NCBI GenBank assembly: GCA_963701775.1
Contig: CAVPBH010000002.1
Location: 9,340-73,339, forward strand
Direction of reading: 5' to 3'
Length of the DNA stretch: 64,000 bases
Origin: an uncultured Chloroflexia bacterium
GTDB taxonomy: Bacteria; Chloroflexota; Anaerolineae; JAAYZQ01
Each line of letters starts with the position of its first letter. Position 1 is the first letter of the stretch. This document shows positions 19,593 to 28,286 of this stretch, one piece after another. The notes below the pieces were generated by a model. That model worked only from the letters and a program-made list of their open reading frames with translations. It was not told the DNA's origin and did no database searches. Made by a program: the position numbers and the translations under genes.

Positions 19593-21185
19593 ATGAAGTG
19601 CCCCACGTGTGGAGGTGACAACCGCGAAGGCGCCCGGTTCTGCCGTCACTGCGGCTTGTCTATCGAACCCGAGAAGCTGGTGTCATCGGGCGGAGTGGAG
19701 GCTTCCGCCGGTACGCCCGCCGAGCCCCAGCAGCCACCCCTGCTCCCCGACGGGCCTCAGCCCCTTCAGCCGGAGGAAACCCCGTCGCCGGAATCCGCCG
19801 AGCCGGCAGGCTCCGCTCCGGCCGGTCTCCTGACTGCCCCAGAAGAAGCGGCTCCATCTCCGGAACCGGCCGAACCCGCAGGCTCCGTTCCGGCCGCTCT
19901 TCCGTCTGCTCCGACAGGGGCGACTCCATCGCCGGAAGCTGCCGAGACCGGAGGCTCCCTTCCGGCCGAGCTCCCAACCGGCCAGGAAGCGGCTCCAACT
20001 CCTGAATCGGGTGAATCCGCAGAACCCTGTGAATCCTGTCCAACGCCGTTCCCTCCCGGCACGGTACTCGACGGCCGCTACCTCATCATCGAGATGCTCG
20101 ACCGGCAAGCGGTGCTGATCCGCTATGCCGCCCGTGACCTTGCCCGGTGCTCTCAATGCGGCTTTGACGCGAACTCGCCCGACGATGCCTTCTGCGCCCA
20201 GTGCGGCGCCTCGCTGCCCGGCGGTAAGTCGATGGTGTCCCTCCTGCAGGTGGTCGACCCCGAGGCCGAGCCACCCGAGGGCGAGACACTCGCCGAGCGC
20301 TTTTCCGAGGGCGACGCGCACTTCCTCGTCCTTCTGCCACGCCCGCCCGAGCCGGTTGCCAAGCCCGCGCCGGCCGCCGGCCTGCGCCTTCTGCTAGGCC
20401 AGGCCACCCACCCCGGGCAGGTGCGCCCTCTGAACGAGGATAGCTTCCTCTCGGTGGTGCTGGCCGGCTCTTCGCTGCGCACCCAGCCGGACGAGAGCAA
20501 GGGACTGCCGCTGCTCCTGGGCCTCTTTGCCGTCGCCGACGGCATGGGCGGCCATGAGGGGGGCGAAGTGGCGAGCAAGCTGGCGTTGCACGTCTTTGGT
20601 CGTGATGTGGTGAGCGCGATCCTCTCGCCCGCCATCGAGGGCCGCGGCCTGCTGGCCGATGGCGCGGTCGCGCTCCTGGCCCGCACCGTGGAGTCGGCCA
20701 ACGACGCCGTCTACCTGGCCCGCCAGAAGCGCGAGAATGACATGGGCACCACCCTGACGGCGGCGCTCGTCCTGGACGAGCGGCTCTTCCTGGCCCACGT
20801 GGGCGACTGCCGCGCGCTGCGCTGGAACGCCGCCGGCCTCCAGCAGCTCACGGCCGACCATTCGCTGATTGCCTCGCTGGTGGCCGCCGGCCGCGCCGCG
20901 CCCGACGAGGTCTATACCCACCCGCAGCGCAGCGCCATCTTGCGCTGCATCGGCGACCGGCCGACCGTCGAGGTCGACACCGCCGAGCTTGCCCTGGCCC
21001 CCGGCGACCGGCTCGTCCTCTGCTCGGACGGCCTCTGGGAAATGCTGCGCAACGAGGGCATCGCCGATGTGCTGATGCAGGAATCGGATCCGCAGGCGGC
21101 CGCCGGCCTGCTCGTCGCGCGCGCCAATGCCGCAGGCGGCGATGACAACATTACGGTCGTCGTCGTCCAGGCCGAGCCCGCATGA
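19593..21185 (+). CDS. PP2C phosphatase P1 with two zinc ribbons and repeat linker
   Basis: R..NED, VADGMGGH, MGTT, HVGDCR, LCSDGL, GGDDNIT. Confidence 0.93.
   Translation: MKCPTCGGDNREGARFCRHCGLSIEPEKLVSSGGVEASAGTPAEPQQPPLLPDGPQPLQPEETPSPESAEPAGSAPAGLLTAPEEAAPSPEPAEPAGSVPAALPSAPTGATPSPEAAETGGSLPAELPTGQEAAPTPESGESAEPCESCPTPFPPGTVLDGRYLIIEMLDRQAVLIRYAARDLARCSQCGFDANSPDDAFCAQCGASLPGGKSMVSLLQVVDPEAEPPEGETLAERFSEGDAHFLVLLPRPPEPVAKPAPAAGLRLLLGQATHPGQVRPLNEDSFLSVVLAGSSLRTQPDESKGLPLLLGLFAVADGMGGHEGGEVASKLALHVFGRDVVSAILSPAIEGRGLLADGAVALLARTVESANDAVYLARQKRENDMGTTLTAALVLDERLFLAHVGDCRALRWNAAGLQQLTADHSLIASLVAAGRAAPDEVYTHPQRSAILRCIGDRPTVEVDTAELALAPGDRLVLCSDGLWEMLRNEGIADVLMQESDPQAAAGLLVARANAAGGDDNITVVVVQAEPA
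19777..20030 (+). repeat. ~72-bp (~24-aa) degenerate tandem repeat in P1 linker
   Basis: TPSPESAEPAGSAPAGL / APSPEPAEPAGSVPAAL / TPSPEAAETGGSLPAEL / APTPESGE. Confidence 0.7.
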
Positions 21186-21186
21186 G

Positions 21187-21212
21187 GGAACCTGGAGTGC
21201 GTTTTCGCGTAT
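21187..21212 (+). promoter_or_regulatory. Candidate ECF sigma promoter
   Basis: GGAAC-N16-CGTA upstream of the GGAGGTG RBS of the vWA gene. Confidence 0.5.
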
Positions 21213-21237
21213 AGAGTAAAGACCTGGAGGTGAATCT

Positions 21238-22491
21238 ATGCCCAATGAAGTGACCTTGACCTGTCGGCTGAACAAAGCAAAGCTGCCGGTGATGGCCACC
21301 CAACAGCTCGTCTATGTCCTGATCGAGGCCGCCACCAGCCCTGCCATGGCGCAGGTGGAGCGGCCCCTCAACCTCAGCCTGGTGCTGGACAAGTCTGGCT
21401 CCATGGAGGGCGCCAAGATCCAGAACCTGCGCGAGGCAGCCAAGCGCGTCGTCGACCGCCTTGGCCCGGACGACATCCTTTCGATCATCGCCTTCTCCGA
21501 TCGCAAGTACATCATTGCCGAGAGCCAGCCGGTGACCGACCGCGATGCACTGAAGAAGCAGATCGACCGCATCCGCGACGGCGGCGGCACGGCCATCTCG
21601 GGTGGGATGGGCCAGGGGCTCTTTGAGCTGGAAAAGGCCCTCAGTCCCAACCGGGTCAGCCGCATGCTCCTCCTCACCGACGGCCAGACCTTTGGCGACG
21701 AGGAGGCATGCAAGCGCCTCGGCAAGAAGGCGGGCGACGAGGGGGTCGTCGTCAATGCCCTCGGACTGGGCGATGACTGGAACGAGGACCTCCTCGACGC
21801 GATCGCCGGTGCCAGCGGCGGCGTCGCCGACTTTATCGACTCGCCGGACAAGATCGAGCGCTTCTTCGACCAGGTGGTGCAGTCGATGCAGGATACGGTC
21901 GTCCAGAACGCGGCGCTCCTCCTGCGCCTGGCCAACGGTATCACGCCCCGCCAGGTGTGGCAGGTCCTGCCGATGATCGCCAACCTGGGCTACCGCCCGA
22001 TCTCCGACCGGGACGTGCAGGTGGCGCTCGGGGAGCTGGAAAAGGGCCAGCCTCGCTCGCTCCTGGTCGAGCTGCTGGTCGGCCCCCGGCCCGAGGGCAG
22101 CTACCGCCTCGCCCAGGCAGAGATTTCCTATGATGTCCCCGGCCTGGGCCTTACCGGCGCCAAGGTGCGAAGCGACATCCTGCTCGACTTTACCGGCGAT
22201 CCTGCCCAGGCCAAGCAGTACGATGCCGAGGTGATGAACATCGTCGAGAAGGTGACCGCCTTCAAGCTCCAGACGCGCGCACTGGAGGAGGCCAAGAGCG
22301 GCAATGTCGCCGGCGCCAGCCAGAAGCTCCGCGCGGCGGCCACCCGCCTGCTCGAGCTGGGCGAGGACGACCTGGCCCGCTCGGCCCTCGAGGAGGCCGA
22401 GAACCTGGAAAAGACCGGGCAGATGTCTGCCCGTGGCACCAAGAAGCTGCGCTACGAGACGCGCAAGCTGACACAACGCTTGAACCCTTAG
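21238..22491 (+). CDS. vWA domain protein with C-terminal helical domain
   Basis: MIDAS DKSGSM, GGT, LLTDG; no signal peptide. Confidence 0.93.
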   Translation: MPNEVTLTCRLNKAKLPVMATQQLVYVLIEAATSPAMAQVERPLNLSLVLDKSGSMEGAKIQNLREAAKRVVDRLGPDDILSIIAFSDRKYIIAESQPVTDRDALKKQIDRIRDGGGTAISGGMGQGLFELEKALSPNRVSRMLLLTDGQTFGDEEACKRLGKKAGDEGVVVNALGLGDDWNEDLLDAIAGASGGVADFIDSPDKIERFFDQVVQSMQDTVVQNAALLLRLANGITPRQVWQVLPMIANLGYRPISDRDVQVALGELEKGQPRSLLVELLVGPRPEGSYRLAQAEISYDVPGLGLTGAKVRSDILLDFTGDPAQAKQYDAEVMNIVEKVTAFKLQTRALEEAKSGNVAGASQKLRAAATRLLELGEDDLARSALEEAENLEKTGQMSARGTKKLRYETRKLTQRLNP

Positions 22492-22517
22492 GGTCCACAA
22501 AAAAGGAGGATCTGATC

Positions 22518-23645
22518 ATGGCAACTTGCCCGACCTGTGGAAACAAGACCGGCGAGGGAGCGATCTTTTGCGACCGGTGCGGCGCCCGCCTGCCCAAGGC
22601 CGAGGCTGCCGTAGTGCCGGCGCCTGCGGCAGTCGCGGCGGGCGGCAGCGTCATCTGCCCCGCCTGCGGCGCCGGCAACGTGCCCGGCGAAGCCTTCTGC
22701 GAGTTCTGCGGCGCGCCGCTCGCCGCGCCCGTCCCCGATTCCCTCCCCCCTGCCGCAGCGGGGGGGGCTGAGGGGGAGGGCGAATCCGCACCGGCGCCCA
22801 CGCCCGAGCCTACGCCCGCCGCCGCACCTGAGCCGGCCCCGGCGCCGGCGGCCCCCGGCCCCGTCTGCCCCGCCTGCGGTGCTGCCGTGCTCGCCGGCGA
22901 GGCCTTCTGCGCCGACTGCGGCGCGTCCCTCGCCCAGGCGCCGGTGCCGCCTGAGCCTGTGCCTGAGCCGGCCCCTGCGCCCGCACCCGAGCCCGTGGCC
23001 GAAGCGGTCCCAGTGCCTGCGCCCGAGCCCGTGCCCGAGCCGGCCCCTGCGCCCGAGCCTGTCCCGGAGCCTGTGCCGGTGCCTGTGCCCGCGCCCGCTC
23101 CCGTCCCGGAACCCGAACCGGCTCTGCCGCCCGCGCCTCCGGCCAAGCCTGCCTGCATCATCTGCGGTGCCGAGTTGGAGCCCGGCGACAAGTACTGCTC
23201 CGATTGCGGCGCGCTCCAGCCGGCTTCCGCTTCCCTCCCCCCTGCCGCAGCGGGGGGGACTGAGGGCGGAGCCGCCCCGGCCCCAGAGCCCGAGCCAACC
23301 CCGCCGGCGCCCCCGGCCCAGGGACCGCGCCTGGTGGTCGCAGCCTCCGGCGCCGAGATCCCGCTCCCGGCCAAGGACGAGATCCTGATCGGCCGTGAAG
23401 ACCCGGTGAGCGGTATCTTCCCGGACGTCGACCTGACGCCGCACGGCGGCGACGAGGGTGGCGTCTCGCGGCGGCATGCGCGCATCGTCGCCGAGGGCGG
23501 TGTCTTCTACCTGGTCGACCTGAACTCGACCAACTTTACCTACCTGAACAAGCAGCGACTGGCGCCCGATACACGCCAGCCGCTCAAGGATGGAGACGAG
23601 ATCCGCTGCGGGCGGGTCGCGCTCCTCTTCTTGCTTGGTGGATAG
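22518..23645 (+). CDS. Four zinc ribbons + Pro/Glu linkers + FHA domain
   Basis: Four CxxCG..CxxCG units; IGR..VSRRHA..NSTNFT; AAGGAGG RBS. Confidence 0.93.
   Translation: MATCPTCGNKTGEGAIFCDRCGARLPKAEAAVVPAPAAVAAGGSVICPACGAGNVPGEAFCEFCGAPLAAPVPDSLPPAAAGGAEGEGESAPAPTPEPTPAAAPEPAPAPAAPGPVCPACGAAVLAGEAFCADCGASLAQAPVPPEPVPEPAPAPAPEPVAEAVPVPAPEPVPEPAPAPEPVPEPVPVPVPAPAPVPEPEPALPPAPPAKPACIICGAELEPGDKYCSDCGALQPASASLPPAAAGGTEGGAAPAPEPEPTPPAPPAQGPRLVVAASGAEIPLPAKDEILIGREDPVSGIFPDVDLTPHGGDEGGVSRRHARIVAEGGVFYLVDLNSTNFTYLNKQRLAPDTRQPLKDGDEIRCGRVALLFLLGG
22740..22780 (+). repeat. In-frame C/G hairpin repeat copy 2
   Basis: Same 27-mer followed by GCTGAGGGGGAGGG. Confidence 0.85.
23232..23268 (+). repeat. 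In-frame C/G hairpin repeat copy 3
   Basis: Same 27-mer followed by ACTGAGGG. Confidence 0.85.
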
Positions 23646-25521
23646 AGAAGAGCCATCGCCACCGGGCCCGGGAGTGCTGTGCCCCGACCCGGACTGCAGT
23701 CACTTTAACAGGCCCGGCGCTCGCTTCTGCGAGCGCTGTGGCCGTCCTCTTGCGTCCCCGCACTGGTCGCCGCTCACCTCCGGCCAGGAGATGCGCGGGG
23801 GCGCCTATCGCATCCTGCACCGCTTGGGCGCGGGCGGCATGGGCACGCTTTACCTGGCAGCCGATACCGGCGCCTTTGACCGCACCTGCGTCGTCAAGGA
23901 GCTGCTCGACTACTACGACCCCACCGATGCCGAGGAGGCGCGCCGCGCCCAGGCGCGCTTCGAGACGGAAGCCCGACTCCTCGCCCAGCTCAGTCATCCC
24001 GGTATTCCGCGCATCTACTCCTATTTCTCAGAGGCCGGCCGCCACTATATCGTCATGGAGTATATCGAGGGCGAGACGCTCGAGCCCGCCGTTACCCATT
24101 TGGACGAGCATGGCGTGCGGGTGCCGGCCCGCGTGCTGCCGGCCGAGACGATCGTACGCCACGTGATCACCGTCTGCCGCGTGCTCGAATACCTGTCCAG
24201 CCGGCCCACGCCCGTCATCCACCACGACATCAAGCCGGCCAACCTGATCGTCAATCGCACGTCGGGGGAGGTACGCCTGGTCGATTTCGGCACCGCCCAG
24301 GTGCGCACCTCGTGGGCGGCCCAGTCGCGCGCCGGCCGCGCCCTCTCCTCCGTCTTTGGCACCCAGGGCTACGCGGCCCCCGAGCAGTTCGAGGCCAGGT
24401 CGGAGCCCCGCTCCGACGTCTTCGCCCTGGCCTCCACCGCTTACCACCTCCTCACCGACGACGACCCAGGAGACCATCCCTTCCACTTTCCGAAGCTGAA
24501 CAAGCTGCCTGTGGCGCTGAGCGATGCGCTTGCCCGCGCGCTGCGCCCCAAGGTACGCCGCCGCTCCACCGCCGTTGAGCTGCGCCACGCCCTGGAAGCG
24601 TGGCTCATCCCCGAGGACGGCGCCGAGCCCTTTGTCTTCCGTGACGGCGCGGTGGCGCACACCACCGAGCAGCTGGTCGAGTTGAGCGAGCAGCGCTGGG
24701 CCGACGCCCGCCGCCACCTACGCGACGGCGACCTCGACCGCTGGTTCCGCGCCCGCAACCGGCACGATCTCCTGGCCAAGGCCAGCTCCGCGCGCCTCGA
24801 ATCGGACCCCGACGCGGCGCTGGAGGCCTTTCTGCGTCGCCTCAACCCGCGCCTGCCTGCCCCACGCCTCACCGTCGAGCCGGCGAGCCTTTCCTTTGGC
24901 CGCGTGACCCGCCGTGGAGCTGCGCCCCAGCACCTGGTGGTCCGCAACGTGGGACGGGGCTACGGCCAGATGGCCTTTTCCGCCTCTGTCCCCTGGATCG
25001 TTTTTGAGCCGCGCCAGGCCGGCTGTCTGGCCGGGCACGAGACCTCCGTTCAGGTCGTGCTGGATGCTGCGGCGCTGCCCCTCAAAAAAGAGCACCAGGC
25101 GATCATCGCCTGCACGTCTGGCCGCGGGCAGCGTATCTCGATCCCCGTCGAGGCCCGCCTCAACTTGTGGGCCGAGGCCGCCCACCGTGTCGCCGTCGCC
25201 CTGGCGGCGGCCGGCCGGCTGGCCCTGCGCGGAGCGCGCTGGGGACTTGCCGCCTGGCACCGCACGCTGCGCCAGGCGGTCCGTTTCGAGGCCGGGCCAT
25301 GGATCCTCTTGTCTGCCGTCCTGGTCTTCTCGGTGGCCATGGTCGTCCTCTGGTCGGACTGGCATGCAATCCCTCTTGAGCTGGAATCCGGTTTCGGGCG
25401 GTTTCTCCGGGCGCTGCCGTTGTCTGCCCTGGCGATCTACCTTGTCCCCGCCCTGTTCTTTGGCGTCTTTGGGATCGCGCGCGAGGCGCTCCGCACTCAG
25501 CGGCAGAGGGCTCGACCATGA
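23638..25521 (+). CDS. Ser/Thr kinase K2: zinc ribbon - non-RD kinase - helical domain - BACON/Ig-like - 2 TM
   Basis: GAGGMG, VVKE, HHDIKPAN, DFG, APE; LTVEPASLSFG..VRNVGRG..VPWI; two hydrophobic C-terminal segments; GTG start inferred. Confidence 0.9.
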   Translation: MDREEPSPPGPGVLCPDPDCSHFNRPGARFCERCGRPLASPHWSPLTSGQEMRGGAYRILHRLGAGGMGTLYLAADTGAFDRTCVVKELLDYYDPTDAEEARRAQARFETEARLLAQLSHPGIPRIYSYFSEAGRHYIVMEYIEGETLEPAVTHLDEHGVRVPARVLPAETIVRHVITVCRVLEYLSSRPTPVIHHDIKPANLIVNRTSGEVRLVDFGTAQVRTSWAAQSRAGRALSSVFGTQGYAAPEQFEARSEPRSDVFALASTAYHLLTDDDPGDHPFHFPKLNKLPVALSDALARALRPKVRRRSTAVELRHALEAWLIPEDGAEPFVFRDGAVAHTTEQLVELSEQRWADARRHLRDGDLDRWFRARNRHDLLAKASSARLESDPDAALEAFLRRLNPRLPAPRLTVEPASLSFGRVTRRGAAPQHLVVRNVGRGYGQMAFSASVPWIVFEPRQAGCLAGHETSVQVVLDAAALPLKKEHQAIIACTSGRGQRISIPVEARLNLWAEAAHRVAVALAAAGRLALRGARWGLAAWHRTLRQAVRFEAGPWILLSAVLVFSVAMVVLWSDWHAIPLELESGFGRFLRALPLSALAIYLVPALFFGVFGIAREALRTQRQRARP

Positions 25522-27438
25522 GCACGGCACCCTGCCCCAATTGCGGGCGCCTGAACCGCCCCGGCGCCCGCTTCTGCGCTTCGTGCCAGGCGTCTTTGAC
25601 CGGCGACCTGGCTGCACCGTCCGGCCCGCCGAGCGGCGGTGCAGTGGGCGGGGGAGCCCCGCTGCCACAGATAGGCGGCCCACAGGCAGGGCAGCTCCTC
25701 GGCGGCGGCGACTACCGCGTCGTACGCCCTCTGGGCAAGGGGGGGATGGGCGCCGTTTGGCTCGTCGCCCAGACCCGTGCATTCGACCGGCTGGCGGTGC
25801 TCAAGGAGGTCATCGACTACTTTGACCCCATAGACGGCGACGCCCGCCGGCGGGCAGCCGAGCGCTTTGAGGCAGAGGCCCGCACCCTGGCCGACCTCAA
25901 GCACCCCGGCATCCCCGACCTCTACGCTTTCTTTTCCGAGGGAGGGCGCAACTACCTGGTCATGGAGTACGTCGAGGGGCAGGACCTGAGCAAGGGCCTT
26001 ACCCGCGAGGACCGCGACACCGGGCAGCTCCTCGCCGGCGCTTCGCTGCCGGCCGAGCAGGTCGTCCACTACACCATCGAGATTTGCGAAGTGCTGGAGT
26101 ACCTGGCCCGCTGCCAGCCCCCGGTCATCCACAACGACATCAAGCCGGGCAACATCATCATCGATTCCCACAGCGGGCGCGCCGTCCTGGTCGATTTTGG
26201 CACCGCGCGGACCCGCTACCTGCGCGCCGGCGGCCGGCCCGACCCGAAGAAAGAGTCCCTCTATGGCACGGTCGGCTACGCCGCTCCCGAGCTGTACCAG
26301 GGCCGCTCCGAATCGCGCTCTGACGTCTATTCTCTGGCGGCTACTGCCTACCACCTCCTCACCGACGATGACCCGGGCGACCACCCCGGCCAGTACCCCA
26401 AGCTGGATGCGCTGCCGCGCGCCCTGGGCGACGTGCTGCGCCCCGCGCTGGCCGTCGCGATCGACGACCGTCCTGACGGCCGAGGAGTTTCGGCAGTCGC
26501 TCGAGGGCTACCTGGCCGGCGCTGCCGCCCCGACGCGCGGCCTGGTCTTCCCCGACCGCAGCGAGGCCACGACGCTGCCGCAGCTCGTGCTCCAGGCGGC
26601 GCGCCACTGGCCGTATTCGGCCGGCCTTCTCCAGGACGGCACGCTGGCGCGCTGGCTGCGCGGCACGCTCCGGGAGGCGGCGGCCGCCCGTGCTGCCGAC
26701 GAGGCGGTTGCCCGCTGGCCCGGCGACCCCGACGCTGCCCTTGACACCTTCCTGCGCCAGGTGGCCCCAGGCGTGATGCCGGCCGGCCGGTTGGAGCTGC
26801 GCACGGGCAGTCTGTCCCTTACGGCGCCAGACTCGGCGCAGCCTGTTCGCAGCCAGATAGAGGTGGCCAATCGCGGCGCCGGCTACCTGCGCGGCAAAGC
26901 CTTTTCGACCCAGCCCTGGCTCAAGGTCGCCGGCGCGCTCTTTGCCTGCCCGCCGGGTGGTCAGGTCGCGCTCCCGGTCGAGGCCGATCCTACCGGACTG
27001 CTGCCGGGCAGCCCTCACGTCGCCGCGGTCACCCTGGAGCCGGAGGGTGGGGTGCCCGAGGTGGTGCCCGTCCAGCTCGTCGTGGCTGCCGGGCAGGCCC
27101 CCGCGCCCGCCGCGCGCGCCCAGGCGTCTATCCGCGTCGAGCCCGGCCGCGTCGACCTGGGCCGCGTCTCACGCACTAGCTTCTCCACCGGCCGGCAGCG
27201 CATCGTCGTCACCAACACATCGCAGGACAAGATCCGCTGCCGTGTCGTCAACGCGCCTGCCTGGCTTCAGGTCAAGCCGGCTGATTTCCGCCTGGCACCC
27301 GGCAAGAGCGAGGCGCTCGAGCTGGTCGGCCGCGTGAGCAAGATCCCGGGCACTGGCGAGGATGCCGCCCTCGGCATCGCCGTCGAGGGTGGAACCACCC
27401 GTCCCGTCCAGGTCTCTGTGCGTGTAAAGGGTCGATGA
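25518..27438 (+). CDS. Ser/Thr kinase K3: zinc ribbon - non-RD kinase - helical domain - two BACON/Ig-like (apparent frameshift near 26470)
   Basis: GKGGMG, HNDIKPGN, DFG, APE; homology to K2 continues in ORF 26197-27438. Confidence 0.88.
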
Positions 27439-28286
27439 TGGGCCTCCATCTCTCTGTCGGCGGTGCCACCGACCGGGGCCTCCTGCGTGACCAAAACGAG
27501 GACCGCTTCTACTTCAAGGTGGTCCAATCGTCCGACGAAGCGCCCCTGGCCCTCCTCGTCGTCGCGGACGGCATGGGTGGCCAGCTTGCCGGCGAGATGG
27601 CGAGCGAGTGGGCGGTCCAGACCCTCCGGCGCGAGCTGTCGGTCCTCTTCCGGCCGCAGGACCCCTCGGTCACGCGTCGCCTGGACGCGGAGGACCTGGC
27701 CGCGGTCGGCAGCGGCTCGACCGTCCGCCTGCAGGAGACCGACATGGCCCGCCTTTTGCTCCACGCTGTCGAGCGCGCCAACCAGGTGCTTCTCGGCTAC
27801 GCCCGCCGCTACCCCGAAGACGCAGGCGACCTGGGCTCGACGCTCACCCTCGCCGTCGTCGAGGGCGACCGCGCAACGCTGGCCCACGTCGGCGACAGCC
27901 GTGCCTACCTCTGGCGCGACGGCAGCCTGCAGCAGCTTACCGAGGACCACTCCGTGCCCGGTGCGCTGCTGCGCCAGGGCAAGATCACGCCCGATGAGGT
28001 CCACGAACACCCTCACAGGAACCTGCTCTACCGTTGCCTCGGCCTCAAGCCCGGCATCGAGGTGGACATCCTCCCCGGAGTCGCGCTGCGCCCCGGCGAC
28101 CGGCTCCTCCTCTGCTCCGACGGCCTCTGGGACATGGTGCATCCCGAAGATCGGCTGGCTGCCCTCGTCGCTCCCGCGAGGAGTCCATCCGCTCTCTGTC
28201 GCGAGATGGTCGAGGCGGCCAACCAGGCCGGCGGGGAGGACAACATAACCGCAGTGCTGGCGCACCTGGAGGCCGGCGATGCCTGA
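27435..28286 (+). CDS. PP2C phosphatase P2
   Basis: R.QNED, VADGMGG, LGST, HVGDSR, LCSDGL, GGEDNIT. Confidence 0.95.
   Translation: MMGLHLSVGGATDRGLLRDQNEDRFYFKVVQSSDEAPLALLVVADGMGGQLAGEMASEWAVQTLRRELSVLFRPQDPSVTRRLDAEDLAAVGSGSTVRLQETDMARLLLHAVERANQVLLGYARRYPEDAGDLGSTLTLAVVEGDRATLAHVGDSRAYLWRDGSLQQLTEDHSVPGALLRQGKITPDEVHEHPHRNLLYRCLGLKPGIEVDILPGVALRPGDRLLLCSDGLWDMVHPEDRLAALVAPARSPSALCREMVEAANQAGGEDNITAVLAHLEAGDA

Noticed and set aside
22940-23130. Repetitive CCCGAGCC tract as CRISPR or mobile repeat
   Set aside because: Encodes a Pro/Glu/Ala/Val linker; no constant repeat-spacer pattern and no cas genes
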